A program made the translations under genes and the position numbers. A stretch of 33,704 nt of DNA from the IMG/VR virus record IMGVR_UViG_3300045988_105900. One strand, given 5' to 3'. Origin of the DNA: a virus. The notes beneath the pieces were generated by a model that ran no database searches, was not told the origin of the DNA, and saw only the letters and a program-made list of their open reading frames with translations. Shown in pieces: positions 17,019 through 25,348 of this stretch; position 1 is the stretch's first letter, and the number at the start of each line of letters is the position of its first letter.

Positions 17019-18202
17019 AAATCTATCTCGCGGATTTGCTGACCGGGCGCCGCATCATCCCATTGCCGCACACTTCCGCCGAATGGGAGATGAGGCTGAA
17101 CGACACCGACTCGCTCACCGTCAAAGTGCCAATCTACGCTTCGTCTGGCGACGCTCGCATCCAATATATCGCCAACGATGCGCGGCTGTTGGATTTGAGG
17201 AACACCGCCGCAATCGGCAAGACCGTCATGGTCGCCGAAGATGATGGACTAATGGTCGGCGGAGTGCTTATGCGTCGAGACTATGACGCCGACTCTGGCG
17301 TTCTCACCTTGGTTGCTTCAGGCATGTGGACGTATTTCGACCACAGGACGATTCTTCCGGCGAAGGCGATGGGGAAAAGCCTCATCAAGCCGGACGGTTC
17401 GCCGGACACCCAATACGACACGCACTACAAGGACGTCACATGGAACACGGTCGCACGCAATCTCGTCGAACAGGCGATGAGCTGGCCCCACAGCAGCGTG
17501 CCGGTCGTGTTGGAGGCAGCAGAGGTCGGCAAGTCCGAAGCGAACTATCAGGCGGTCGATTTGAATTACGTCGGCGAAGTTTTGACGAACATCACGAACT
17601 ATCAGAACGGTTGCGACATCGGGTTCTTCCCAGCGCGCACGGCTGACGGGTTGGGGTATGAGTGGCATATGAAGACCGGCCACCCACTGTTGGGCGGCGA
17701 AACCCACTATTTCAGCGCGTCCGCCATACAGCCGGGCATCGCATCATTGTCCGCCACGGATGATGGCGACAAGCTCGCCTCGTTGCAATGGTTCACGTCC
17801 GGCAAATCCGATGACAGGACGCTCGTCGTATCGGCCTACACGGATGTTCTGGAAAATGCGGGAGCGCCGATTTGGGAGAGCGTGGATTCCAGCCATTCGA
17901 CCGTGAAGCGGCAGAACACGCTTCAGGCGTATGCGAACGAAGCCGCAGCCGTCTACTGGCAACCGGTATCATCCACTGAGGCGAAAGTGCATCGCGGATA
18001 CCTGCATTCAGTGAATCAGACGCTCGCCAACTATACGGTCGGCGATTACATTCGGTTCACGACGAAGGGCGACTGGTATTATGTGGATGGCGCGCATACG
18101 CGGCGCATCACCGGCATCAAAGCCGATGAAAGCTCGAATTGGATTACGTTCACGTTGGGAGACGTGTTCGACGGTGTGAAAGTGACGGTGGATAATGGTT
18201 GA
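17015..18202 (+). CDS. Tail-associated protein (Tal / prophage tail endopeptidase-like)
   Basis: AAGGAGG at 17001-17007 precedes GTG 17015 (GTGA coupling; the track start is 16997). Called from size and position after Dit. Confidence 0.6.
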   Translation: MKIYLADLLTGRRIIPLPHTSAEWEMRLNDTDSLTVKVPIYASSGDARIQYIANDARLLDLRNTAAIGKTVMVAEDDGLMVGGVLMRRDYDADSGVLTLVASGMWTYFDHRTILPAKAMGKSLIKPDGSPDTQYDTHYKDVTWNTVARNLVEQAMSWPHSSVPVVLEAAEVGKSEANYQAVDLNYVGEVLTNITNYQNGCDIGFFPARTADGLGYEWHMKTGHPLLGGETHYFSASAIQPGIASLSATDDGDKLASLQWFTSGKSDDRTLVVSAYTDVLENAGAPIWESVDSSHSTVKRQNTLQAYANEAAAVYWQPVSSTEAKVHRGYLHSVNQTLANYTVGDYIRFTTKGDWYYVDGAHTRRITGIKADESSNWITFTLGDVFDGVKVTVDNG

Positions 18203-18956
18203 CGAGATTGTCGTGCATCAGGGAGAGTCGGCTGACGGCATCGCTCCGGTGGCCGAAGACGATGATATGGTCATCGACGTGAAGAATCCTGCTCAGGCCA
18301 CCAACAAGCTCGTGTCCACATTAAACGAGTATGGTCGCCGGTTGCGCGAACTGGAAAGGCCGTCAGGTGCCCAGTTGACTCAGGCGATTCAAAAAGTGTT
18401 GGATATCAGTGAGAACATCGACCAGACGGTGACCGCATCCATCAACAGGCACTCGTATGACCGTGCGACTATCGACCAAAAGTGCAATGCGTGGAATTGG
18501 GGCGTCCTATCGCAGGGACGCGGCGGCACGAATACAACGAACGCCTATGGCAACCTGTTTTCCGTAGGCTCGTGGCGTGCCGTATGGGCATTGTCAGACG
18601 GCACGTTAGGAACAGCCCAATCATCCCGCAAGGTGAAACAGGATTTCATGATGCCGGACATCACGTTGGAGCAGATGCGTGCCGTCGATTGGACGCTCTA
18701 CCGTTATATCGACGATGTGAACCAGCGCGGCGATAGTGCGAACGTGCATTTGGGTATGGTTGCCGAAGATTTGGATGACAACGGCTTGGGCTTGTTCGTC
18801 GAGTATAATGATGATTATGAGCCGTGTGGCATCAACTATCCGATGCTCGGCGTGTGGGCCATCCATGAGGCGCATTTGGCGCACGCCCGCATTGACGATT
18901 TAGAATCGCGCCTGAAGGCGCTGGAAGGAAAAGTCAACAATGACCTTACGCAATAG
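18195..18956 (+). CDS. Tail fiber/spike protein with a C-terminal S74-type intramolecular chaperone domain
   Basis: SSRKVKQDF...TLYRYIDD...HLGMVAEDL...INYPMLGVWAIHEAHLAHARIDDLESRLKALE matches the endosialidase chaperone (Peptidase_S74) pattern. Confidence 0.7.
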   Translation: MVDEIVVHQGESADGIAPVAEDDDMVIDVKNPAQATNKLVSTLNEYGRRLRELERPSGAQLTQAIQKVLDISENIDQTVTASINRHSYDRATIDQKCNAWNWGVLSQGRGGTNTTNAYGNLFSVGSWRAVWALSDGTLGTAQSSRKVKQDFMMPDITLEQMRAVDWTLYRYIDDVNQRGDSANVHLGMVAEDLDDNGLGLFVEYNDDYEPCGINYPMLGVWAIHEAHLAHARIDDLESRLKALEGKVNNDLTQ

Positions 18957-19905
18957 CCTGTTCGCAGTGTCCGGCAGGGCGTCGTTCTTGGATGCGCGAC
19001 GCGACATGAGCGGCCTGTTCGTCTGCGATAAGACCACGATGATGCCGATTGCCGGCATTCTCGACCGTTCGCAGGACAATCTTGTCACCGGCAACAGCAA
19101 TTCCATGAGCGTGACGGTGCATCCGTTCAACGCGGTGTTGAACCGTTATGGTGCGTTGCTTATCCAGAATGATGGAAACGTGAACGTGCCGGTGAATGCG
19201 GCTCCGTCCGCGAATTCGCGCATCGACGTCGTGTATGTGAAGCAGAACGAGACGCGCTCGCCGATGTCGGATAGTTCGGATGTTCCGGAGTTCGGCGTGG
19301 TGAAGGGTACGGCTTCCGCCGTGCCGGTCGCACCGGCTGTTCCGGTTGGCGCTTTGGCTTTGGCTCAGGTGTTGCTTCCTGCTGGCGTGTCGAACACGGC
19401 AGAGTCGGGCGTGGTTATCACGCAGACGTATATTGGTGCGGCCATGAAGGGTGACATGCTGCAAGTGCAGACTTCCGCCCAGCGCGACGCTCTAACCACG
19501 GTGCCGGAAGGCACGCTGCTGCATAATGTGGCCGATAATTGCGATTATGTCAGAACTCCAAGCGGCAAGTGGGCCAAAACGCGTGACACCATCGGCGTCG
19601 CCATACCATTCACCACCGATAAGGCGCAGCTTTCCCGCGAATGGGATACGGTTATCGTGTCCGGCAGCGTACATTACACTGGGTCAAACCAGCAGAACCA
19701 CGCTACGGCGAACGAAACCATTCCAACCGGATGGAGGCCATACGGAAACAACCCTGCCGCCGTCAGCTACGGTACCATAGGTGCCGTCAACGCCGAATGG
19801 TGCAATTTCGTGAAGCCGGACGGTCATATCATCATGCTCGGCAACACAAATGCCGTATACTCCGGTGTTACCGGAGGGTGGCAGTGCAGGGAGTGGAGGG
19901 ACTAG
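18940..19905 (+). CDS. Minor tail / putative receptor-binding protein
   Basis: 321 aa and beta-rich. It is the last structural gene. No enzymatic motif recognised. Confidence 0.5.
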   Translation: MTLRNSLFAVSGRASFLDARRDMSGLFVCDKTTMMPIAGILDRSQDNLVTGNSNSMSVTVHPFNAVLNRYGALLIQNDGNVNVPVNAAPSANSRIDVVYVKQNETRSPMSDSSDVPEFGVVKGTASAVPVAPAVPVGALALAQVLLPAGVSNTAESGVVITQTYIGAAMKGDMLQVQTSAQRDALTTVPEGTLLHNVADNCDYVRTPSGKWAKTRDTIGVAIPFTTDKAQLSREWDTVIVSGSVHYTGSNQQNHATANETIPTGWRPYGNNPAAVSYGTIGAVNAEWCNFVKPDGHIIMLGNTNAVYSGVTGGWQCREWRD

Positions 19906-20210
19906 CCGATATCGTAGGTGAGAACGGACAATATGGAACGATTTCCAGTCTGACCGCCAGCATATCCGATTTTCACGACTCCATCGGAGTAGACGCCCAA
20001 AAACGTCGGGAAATAGCCATTTGAAGTACCCGCATTAATGCCTTGTGGGCGGACTGGATAGAAGGCGCTGTTGTTCACACGCGCAACGTTCACATATGCT
20101 CCCCAACCGGTCAAGTTGATGTCAGCGGTCTGAACGTGGACGTGCGCAGTACCATTGGAAGCCCACATCTCCGCGCTATTCTTGTCGAGGTGAATATCCC
20201 TCCAAGGCAT
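19902..20210 (-). CDS. Hypothetical beta-rich protein, convergent to the fiber gene
   Basis: It is the only plausible ORF in 19906..20275. Its stop overlaps the fiber stop in a CTAG tetranucleotide (19902-19905). GC is about 47% in a sampled 60-mer. The G/N/T/Y-rich composition resembles the fiber C-terminus. Confidence 0.45.
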   Translation of the reverse strand: MPWRDIHLDKNSAEMWASNGTAHVHVQTADINLTGWGAYVNVARVNNSAFYPVRPQGINAGTSNGYFPTFLGVYSDGVVKIGYAGGQTGNRSILSVLTYDIG

Positions 20211-20238
20211 GTTCCATCCACGCCATTTTTCGCCTTTC

Positions 20239-20267
20239 CTGACATAATCGCAATTATCGGCTAGAAT
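20239..20267 (+). promoter_or_regulatory. Promoter of the lysis cassette (CTGACA-N17-TAGAAT), giving a leaderless or near-leaderless mRNA
   Basis: -35 at 20239-20244 and -10 at 20262-20267. ATG 20276 lies only 8 nt after the -10 hexamer. Confidence 0.55.
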
Positions 20268-20275
20268 AGTGCCAT

Positions 20276-20659
20276 ATGAACACTGACATCATCGTCGCCC
20301 TAGTGACCGGACTATGCGCCATCGTGGTCGCAGCGGTCACTTGGGCGCAAAACGGACGCGGCAACCTGAGCGAAGCCTACAGGCGGCTTTCGGAAGCCCA
20401 ATTGAACATGCAGCGAGAAATCGACCGGCAGGACGAGAAGCTTGCCGAGTTCATTCAGGAACGTAACGAACTCCGTTATCAGGATGATTTGAAAACCTCG
20501 TACATTCGTGCGATGGGGCATTGGCTGAACGAGCTCTGCAAAGTTCTCGACCCGGCGTTCCTGAAACAGTATCCGAAGCCAAGACTTCCCGACGCGTTGA
20601 GGAGTACAATAGAACCGTTGGAAAACGACAACAGTAAGGAGCAGAATATTGTTCACTAA
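20276..20659 (+). CDS. Membrane-anchored coiled-coil protein (lysis-associated, function unknown)
   Basis: N-terminal TM helix IIVALVTGLCAIVVAAVTW followed by a charged helical region. It is the first gene of the lysis cassette. Confidence 0.55.
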   Translation: MNTDIIVALVTGLCAIVVAAVTWAQNGRGNLSEAYRRLSEAQLNMQREIDRQDEKLAEFIQERNELRYQDDLKTSYIRAMGHWLNELCKVLDPAFLKQYPKPRLPDALRSTIEPLENDNSKEQNIVH

Positions 20660-20930
20660 GGATTTTTGGGTTGACACGTTGGAGCGTGCAATCCGCACCG
20701 CATGTCAGGCGGCATTGTCTGCCGGCGTGGTCGGTGGCGTCGGCCTGTTCGACGTGGATTGGCTGAACGTCTGCGGCATCGCCTTGGTCGCGGCCATCGC
20801 CAGTGTGCTGACGTGCGTGGCGTCGAGCGGCAAGACCGATTCAATCAGTCCGGCTTCCTTCGCAACGTCAGACAAGGCGAAGGTGACCGGCAAGCATATC
20901 GCAAGCAATGAAATGGAGGTTTCCGAATAA
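20649..20930 (+). CDS. Holin (r1t/LL-H-like)
   Basis: AAGGAG lies 7 nt before TTG 20649. KDFWVDTLERAIRTACQAALS plus two hydrophobic segments. Directly precedes the endolysin. Confidence 0.7.
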   Translation: MFTKDFWVDTLERAIRTACQAALSAGVVGGVGLFDVDWLNVCGIALVAAIASVLTCVASSGKTDSISPASFATSDKAKVTGKHIASNEMEVSE

Positions 20931-21856
20931 TGAGGATTGTGGATATCAGCAATTGGAAGGCCGATTGCGACGTTTCCAAGATTGACGCCGATGGCGTCGT
21001 TGTCCAGTGCACTTGGGGTGCAGGCGAGTTAACGACTGACAATGGTCTGGTTGATTCCGTGTGGGTTGGTGCCGATGCGAAGATTCAGGCAGCAGCCGCA
21101 CGCGGCCTTGCGGTCGGATACATGCACTACATTCGCGGCGTGAACGCTTCGGAGGAGGCGTATTTCTTCGCCGAAGCCACCAAGGGTTATTTGGGCAAGT
21201 ATGTGCCGTGTGTTGACTGGGAGAGCGACGATAACGCCGCTTGGGGCAATCGGGCCTATCTTGACGAATTCCTCTACCAGTACATCCGGTTGACAGGCGT
21301 GAAGCCGCTCGTGTATGCGCAGCGTTCCGAAATCCCGTTCATCAAGGATATTTGCGCCAAGCATGATTGCGGCATTTGGGAGGCTTGCTATGCTTCCATG
21401 GATGCGACCGGCTGGCAGGATGCGGATTCGATTTGGTCGTATGTGGCATATCCGATGCGCCAGTACACTTCGAACGGCCATATTGGTGGCTATGCCGGTT
21501 CGCTTGACTTGAACTATTTCGCCGGCGATAATGCCGCTTGGGATAAGTATGCTGGCGTTGGTGCGAATACTCCGGCGAATCCGGCTCCGATGCCGGTGGT
21601 TGACCCGTCTCCAACCGTGATTGCAACCTCGTATGAGGTTTCGGTCGATTCGCTGAACGTGCGTACCGAACCGTCCGTGAAGGGCGAGGTTGTCGCCAAT
21701 TACGTGCGCGGCCAGAAGGTTGTGTTGGATGGTTGGGGCGCTTATGCTGACGGTTTCCTGTGGGGCCGTTATATTGGCGCTTCTTCCGGCGAGCCGAGGT
21801 ATGTTGCCATCGGCACCGATTCCGGCAATGACTGGTATTTGACAATGTGCCGTTAG
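20930..21856 (+). CDS. Endolysin: GH25-type muramidase with a C-terminal SH3b-like wall-binding domain
   Basis: TAATG coupling. MRIVDISNWKADCDVSKIDADGVVVQCTWG...GYMHYIRG...VDWESD is GH25-like. C-terminal YEVSVDSLNVRTEPSVKGEVVANYVRGQKVVLDGW is SH3-like. Confidence 0.8.
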   Translation: MRIVDISNWKADCDVSKIDADGVVVQCTWGAGELTTDNGLVDSVWVGADAKIQAAAARGLAVGYMHYIRGVNASEEAYFFAEATKGYLGKYVPCVDWESDDNAAWGNRAYLDEFLYQYIRLTGVKPLVYAQRSEIPFIKDICAKHDCGIWEACYASMDATGWQDADSIWSYVAYPMRQYTSNGHIGGYAGSLDLNYFAGDNAAWDKYAGVGANTPANPAPMPVVDPSPTVIATSYEVSVDSLNVRTEPSVKGEVVANYVRGQKVVLDGWGAYADGFLWGRYIGASSGEPRYVAIGTDSGNDWYLTMCR

Positions 21857-21872
21857 CCTGATATAATGATGA

Positions 21873-21950
21873 CTGTTGGAAGTTTTTTCCAACAGCCCTC
21901 CTTTGGTTTCTCCATAGCCCCCGCAATGTTCATGCGGGGGCTTTCTCTTT
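21873..21950. terminator. Convergent terminator region (two hairpins)
   Basis: ctgttggaa/ttccaacag stem at 21873-21894. agcccccgca/tgcgggggct stem at 21916-21942, followed by ttctctttt on the + strand. Confidence 0.65.
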
Positions 21951-22105
21951 TAATCATCCAACAGTATGCATATCATGTCGGCCACGATTGCCATAGCCGC
22001 GTATGCGATGAAGACGCGCGTGTCCCACGCGCCGCACACCCACATGATGGCCGCGACGAATCCCAGCAGGACGATGGTGCAGACGATGAGCTTCAGGGTT
22101 TCCAT
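21950..22105 (-). CDS. Small membrane protein (51 aa, two hydrophobic helices), not in the ORF track
   Basis: My own translation: METLKLIVCTIVLLGFVAAIMWVCGAWDTRVFIAYAAMAIVADMICILLDD. The start is coupled (TGATG) to the MazG stop. Confidence 0.5.
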   Translation of the reverse strand: METLKLIVCTIVLLGFVAAIMWVCGAWDTRVFIAYAAMAIVADMICILLDD

Positions 22106-22473
22106 CAAAACTTCTCACCCTGCGCTTCCATCTTCCTTTTCATACGCCACACCTTGTGGTCTATCATGCGCCGCAAGTCGGACGGTTTTAATCCGTAGAT
22201 TTCGAACAGCAGACTGAAGCATATCTGCACGTCGGCCATTTCCTCGTACAGGTTTTCGATAAGCTCGCTGCGGGAGACCTTGTTGGTTGGGTCTTCTGGA
22301 TTGTAGCGTTTGAGCTTGCTGATTGCCTGAATGAGTTCGGCGCATTCCTCCATGCAGACGGTTGTCTGCGCATCAACGCCATACCGTGCGATGCTTCGCA
22401 TTTCCACGGCGTTTCCCTGCTCGGGTCTTAGATAGTATTTGGAGCTGTCACGCCAGTCCCGCTCAATCGCCAC
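22105..22473 (-). CDS. mazG: MazG-like nucleoside triphosphate pyrophosphohydrolase
   Basis: GGAGG RBS and a GTG start. MEECAELIQAISKLKR and LYEEMADVQI are the paired EExxE/ExxD helices of all-alpha NTP-PPases. Confidence 0.8.
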   Translation of the reverse strand: MAIERDWRDSSKYYLRPEQGNAVEMRSIARYGVDAQTTVCMEECAELIQAISKLKRYNPEDPTNKVSRSELIENLYEEMADVQICFSLLFEIYGLKPSDLRRMIDHKVWRMKRKMEAQGEKF

Positions 22474-22597
22474 AGCGCAACCTCCAACATTTCGTGCAGT
22501 ATCCGTTGAACATGTACATTTCTTTCGCAGTGAGTTTTTTCAGGCAATGCTTGCATAGCCTTGGGTCGAGGGCTGCTAGTTTTCTAATAACACTCAT
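22463..22597 (-). CDS. 44-aa zinc-ribbon protein, not in the ORF track
   Basis: My own translation: MSVIRKLAALDPRLCKHCLKKLTAKEMYMFNGYCTKCWRLRCGD (CxxC-N17-CxxC). GGAG RBS. It overlaps both neighbours in operon style. Confidence 0.4.
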   Translation of the reverse strand: MSVIRKLAALDPRLCKHCLKKLTAKEMYMFNGYCTKCWRLRCGD

Positions 22598-22742
22598 CTG
22601 GATACTCCATTCCTTCCTGTCTGTCTTCGTCCGTCAACGCCGAGTCGATTTCCTGCTTGCAGGTTTCGCACAGCATTTCAGGATACCATTCCTCCAATGT
22701 CATATCTCGACCGCAGTCGAGGCATTGTCTTGGCGATTTCAT
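22584..22742 (-). CDS. 52-aa zinc-ribbon protein
   Basis: GGAGGTG RBS before ATG 22742 (the track start is 22772). MKSPRQCLDCGRDMTLEEWYPEMLCETCKQ (CxxC...CxxC). Confidence 0.5.
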   Translation of the reverse strand: MKSPRQCLDCGRDMTLEEWYPEMLCETCKQEIDSALTDEDRQEGMEYPDECY

Positions 22743-22743
22743 A

Positions 22744-23283
22744 TCACACCTCCACCGCTGGCTGCGGAGCATGCTGATTCTGATAGTGGCCGACCATGCC
22801 GTATGGTTTCACCGCCGCATCGTTCAAGTATTCGAACGAGACCTGTCCGATTCTCATGCCGGGCGTCAGCATGATGGGGAAACTGTTCTCGTTCTTCAAT
22901 TCGACTGTGATGGTTCCGATGAATCCGGCGTCGATGAATCCTGCCGTCACATGGGTGCAGAGTCCGAGTCGGCCAAGACTGCTTTTTCCGTCGAACCGTG
23001 CCATCATATTGTCTGGTAGGCTGATTTTCTCCACGGTCGCGCCTAGGACGAACTGTCCGGGCTGTAGCATGTAGTGTCCGTCGATTCTGACGGGCTTGGT
23101 GTGGATGCCGTGCAGTGTGTGGTCGCTGCCGTCCGCATAGCCGTTTTCCGCATCCATAACGTAGGTGGCGATTGTGTCCTGCAAGGTCACGTCATACGAG
23201 TTGGGGTTCAACTGTTTTTCCGTGTATGGCAGGATGAGGTCTTGATGGTCTACGCACTGTTCGATGGTGATGTCGTTCAGCAT
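22744..23283 (-). CDS. dcd: dCTP deaminase family protein (Dcd/dUTPase superfamily)
   Basis: AAGGAG RBS before ATG 23283. FDGKSSLGRLGLCTHVTAGFIDAGFIGTITVELKN and PGMRIGQVSF are signature Dcd blocks. Confidence 0.9.
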   Translation of the reverse strand: MLNDITIEQCVDHQDLILPYTEKQLNPNSYDVTLQDTIATYVMDAENGYADGSDHTLHGIHTKPVRIDGHYMLQPGQFVLGATVEKISLPDNMMARFDGKSSLGRLGLCTHVTAGFIDAGFIGTITVELKNENSFPIMLTPGMRIGQVSFEYLNDAAVKPYGMVGHYQNQHAPQPAVEV

Positions 23284-23291
23284 TTTTCTCC

Positions 23292-23672
23292 TTACTCGTC
23301 GCAAAGGCGCTGCAACAGTTCCTTGTCGCTTATCGGTTTGATTTCATACAGGTGCATTGCACATACGGATGGGTCTTTCATATCTGCTTCTGCTGGGAAC
23401 CGCTCTTTGAGTTCTTGCACGGTCATGCCGGTCAGCTTGGAGAACATGCTCCACGTCCAAGGGCTGCCCTCATAGTCGCCGAACGGGGTTTCCGAGAGGA
23501 TGACGGCGTTGCCTAGGTGTGTTCCTGTGAAGGCGTCGGTGAATATGAAAGCAACCGTTTCATATGGCGATAGAGATTCGCGGAGGATGAAGATTGTCTC
23601 CCCGGATTCTATCTTCCGCCATTCCTCACGGCCTACTTTTATCCGCGTCACATTGCGGTTATCGCCGGCCAT
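23292..23672 (-). CDS. ASCH/PUA-like domain protein (tentative)
   Basis: IKVGREEWRKIESGETIFILRE resembles the N-terminal strand-turn motif of ASCH domains. No other signature. Confidence 0.35.
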   Translation of the reverse strand: MAGDNRNVTRIKVGREEWRKIESGETIFILRESLSPYETVAFIFTDAFTGTHLGNAVILSETPFGDYEGSPWTWSMFSKLTGMTVQELKERFPAEADMKDPSVCAMHLYEIKPISDKELLQRLCDE

Positions 23673-24096
23673 TCTTTTCTCCTTCCTGCATGAACGCCAA
23701 TGCCATGGTGAGGTAGGCGATGGCGTCCAGATACGAGTCTTCCTTAGTGTGGTCGTGTTTGATGCGTTCGATTTTCAGTTCGGCCATCATGATGGCGACG
23801 TCCGCTTCCGCATCGTCGCAGCCGAACCATCGTTTGGAAATGTTCTGGAACATGATGCGCGGATTGCCGTATTCTTCGGCCTTCTCACCGTTGAGCATGT
23901 CGTTCACACGGACGAGGTTGTCGGCGATGCGCGTGTAGATGCCGCTTTTCGTGGGCTGCGGCTGGTGTACTGCGATTCCAGCCGCACTGGCCGTCCTGTC
24001 GGCCAGCCGGTGCAGTCCGTCCGCGATTTGCGGGAGCGCCTTGTTGACGTCTTCCATCACCCTGTCATAGTTGCCGTTCGTTTTTGATGATGTCAT
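23659..24096 (-). CDS. Phage helical protein resembling the NTP-pyrophosphohydrolase-associated DUF6378-type domain (tentative)
   Basis: EEYGNPRIMFQNISKRW...DVAIMMAELKIERIKHDHTKEDSYLDAIAYL fits the 'YG.p...f..ia..w...dv..mm...K..R....h.Ds..D..gY' pattern common in phage nucleotide-metabolism neighbourhoods. Confidence 0.35.
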   Translation of the reverse strand: MTSSKTNGNYDRVMEDVNKALPQIADGLHRLADRTASAAGIAVHQPQPTKSGIYTRIADNLVRVNDMLNGEKAEEYGNPRIMFQNISKRWFGCDDAEADVAIMMAELKIERIKHDHTKEDSYLDAIAYLTMALAFMQEGEKNGRR

Positions 24097-25348
24097 CTAG
24101 GGTTTTCCTTCCTTCTATCACGTCCATGACCTTGCGGTTCCACGGCGTGTCCGGCACGAGTATGCGCTGCCGTCCCTGATAGGGGCTGCCGCGTCGCACC
24201 AGTCTTCTGTTGGCCTGCTCCCAGTCGGCGTATGTCCATGGGAGGTCGAGCCATATCTGGTCTTTTATGAGATGCTGCAATCCATCGACGCCGGTGCCCA
24301 TGGACTGCGGGTTGGCGACTATGAGCCGGTACTTTCCGCGTTCTTGAGCGGTCATGGCGAGGAATGTTTTCGCGTCGGTGCATGGCGTCCAAGTTTGGTA
24401 GATTTCGTCTCTTACCGCTTTGAACCGCGTCCATACGAGCAGTGGTGTGTGGTCTTCGCGTCTCTTGGCTTCACTGTATACTGTTTCGAGTTTGGACACG
24501 CCGAACCAGTATGATTCTCCACGGTCTTCGGTCTTGTAGGCGAATCCGTCATCGAGTTGTGCGAGTTTGACGGCGGCTGCGCTCGCACTGGTGGCGTACA
24601 CGTCTTCGGCCAACTGGTGTGTGTTCGCCCACTGTTCGAGCGCCATATCCTCCTGTTCGGGTTTCGGACTGGGTAGCCATTCCACGGTTGGCAGCTGGTT
24701 GCCGCCGCGTCGAATATCCAGTACGAGCTTCTGCAATTGTCGGCATGCTTCCTCGACCATTGGCTTGGAGTACGTGTATTTGACCACTGTACGCCCTTGC
24801 ACGTTCATCGTGTATGGTTTACCGTATCGCATCCTGAAAGCCCCTAGAGTGCGCCAAGAATCGCCTAACATGGCCATCCTGTCATTGGCGTGCGGATACA
24901 TGACCACGGTCTGCCCGTACAGGTCCTCCAAGTCCTTCGGTGCTGGCGTGCCCGTCAGCATCAAAACATTCTTGGCAAGGTCGCTGATACCTTTCACGAC
25001 TTTGGAACGTCCGCTCCTAGGATTCTTCACCATGTGGCTTTCATCCACGATGAGGCTGAAACCGTCCGGCACTTCGCCCAGCTTAGCGGCCATATTGTAG
25101 GACACTACGAGGTAACGGTAGTCTTCCAGCCAGCCATGCTTGCGGTATTCGTCGATGGTCATAGCCTTGCCGTGTGACCATTGGCTGATTTGCGGAAGCC
25201 ATGCGGTTTTCACGACGCTTGCCGGACAGATGACGAGAATATGTTCCGCATCGTCCAGCAAGTCCATGCTGCGCTTGGTCTTGCCGGTTCCGGCCTCGTC
25301 GAAGATGAAAGCCCTCACTGCTGCTCCTTTCCATGCTCGGCCTCCCAT
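24065..25348 (-). CDS. SNF2/SF2 family helicase
   Basis: FIFDEAGTGKT (motif I), LIVDESHMVKN (motif II), LMLTGTP (motif III) and, in the C-terminal helicase domain, MGTGVDGLQ / ADWEQANRRLVRRG. Confidence 0.85.
   Translation of the reverse strand: MGGRAWKGAAVRAFIFDEAGTGKTKRSMDLLDDAEHILVICPASVVKTAWLPQISQWSHGKAMTIDEYRKHGWLEDYRYLVVSYNMAAKLGEVPDGFSLIVDESHMVKNPRSGRSKVVKGISDLAKNVLMLTGTPAPKDLEDLYGQTVVMYPHANDRMAMLGDSWRTLGAFRMRYGKPYTMNVQGRTVVKYTYSKPMVEEACRQLQKLVLDIRRGGNQLPTVEWLPSPKPEQEDMALEQWANTHQLAEDVYATSASAAAVKLAQLDDGFAYKTEDRGESYWFGVSKLETVYSEAKRREDHTPLLVWTRFKAVRDEIYQTWTPCTDAKTFLAMTAQERGKYRLIVANPQSMGTGVDGLQHLIKDQIWLDLPWTYADWEQANRRLVRRGSPYQGRQRILVPDTPWNRKVMDVIEGRKTLDDIIKNERQL

Noticed and set aside
18940-20275. 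Invertible shufflon (Rin/Gin-like) switching the receptor-binding C-terminus
   Set aside because: I recognised no invertase or recombinase gene anywhere in the genome. I could not find matching inverted crossover sites; only 6-8-nt chance matches such as TGGAGG turned up. The idea is kept only as a low-probability option in the corresponding finding.
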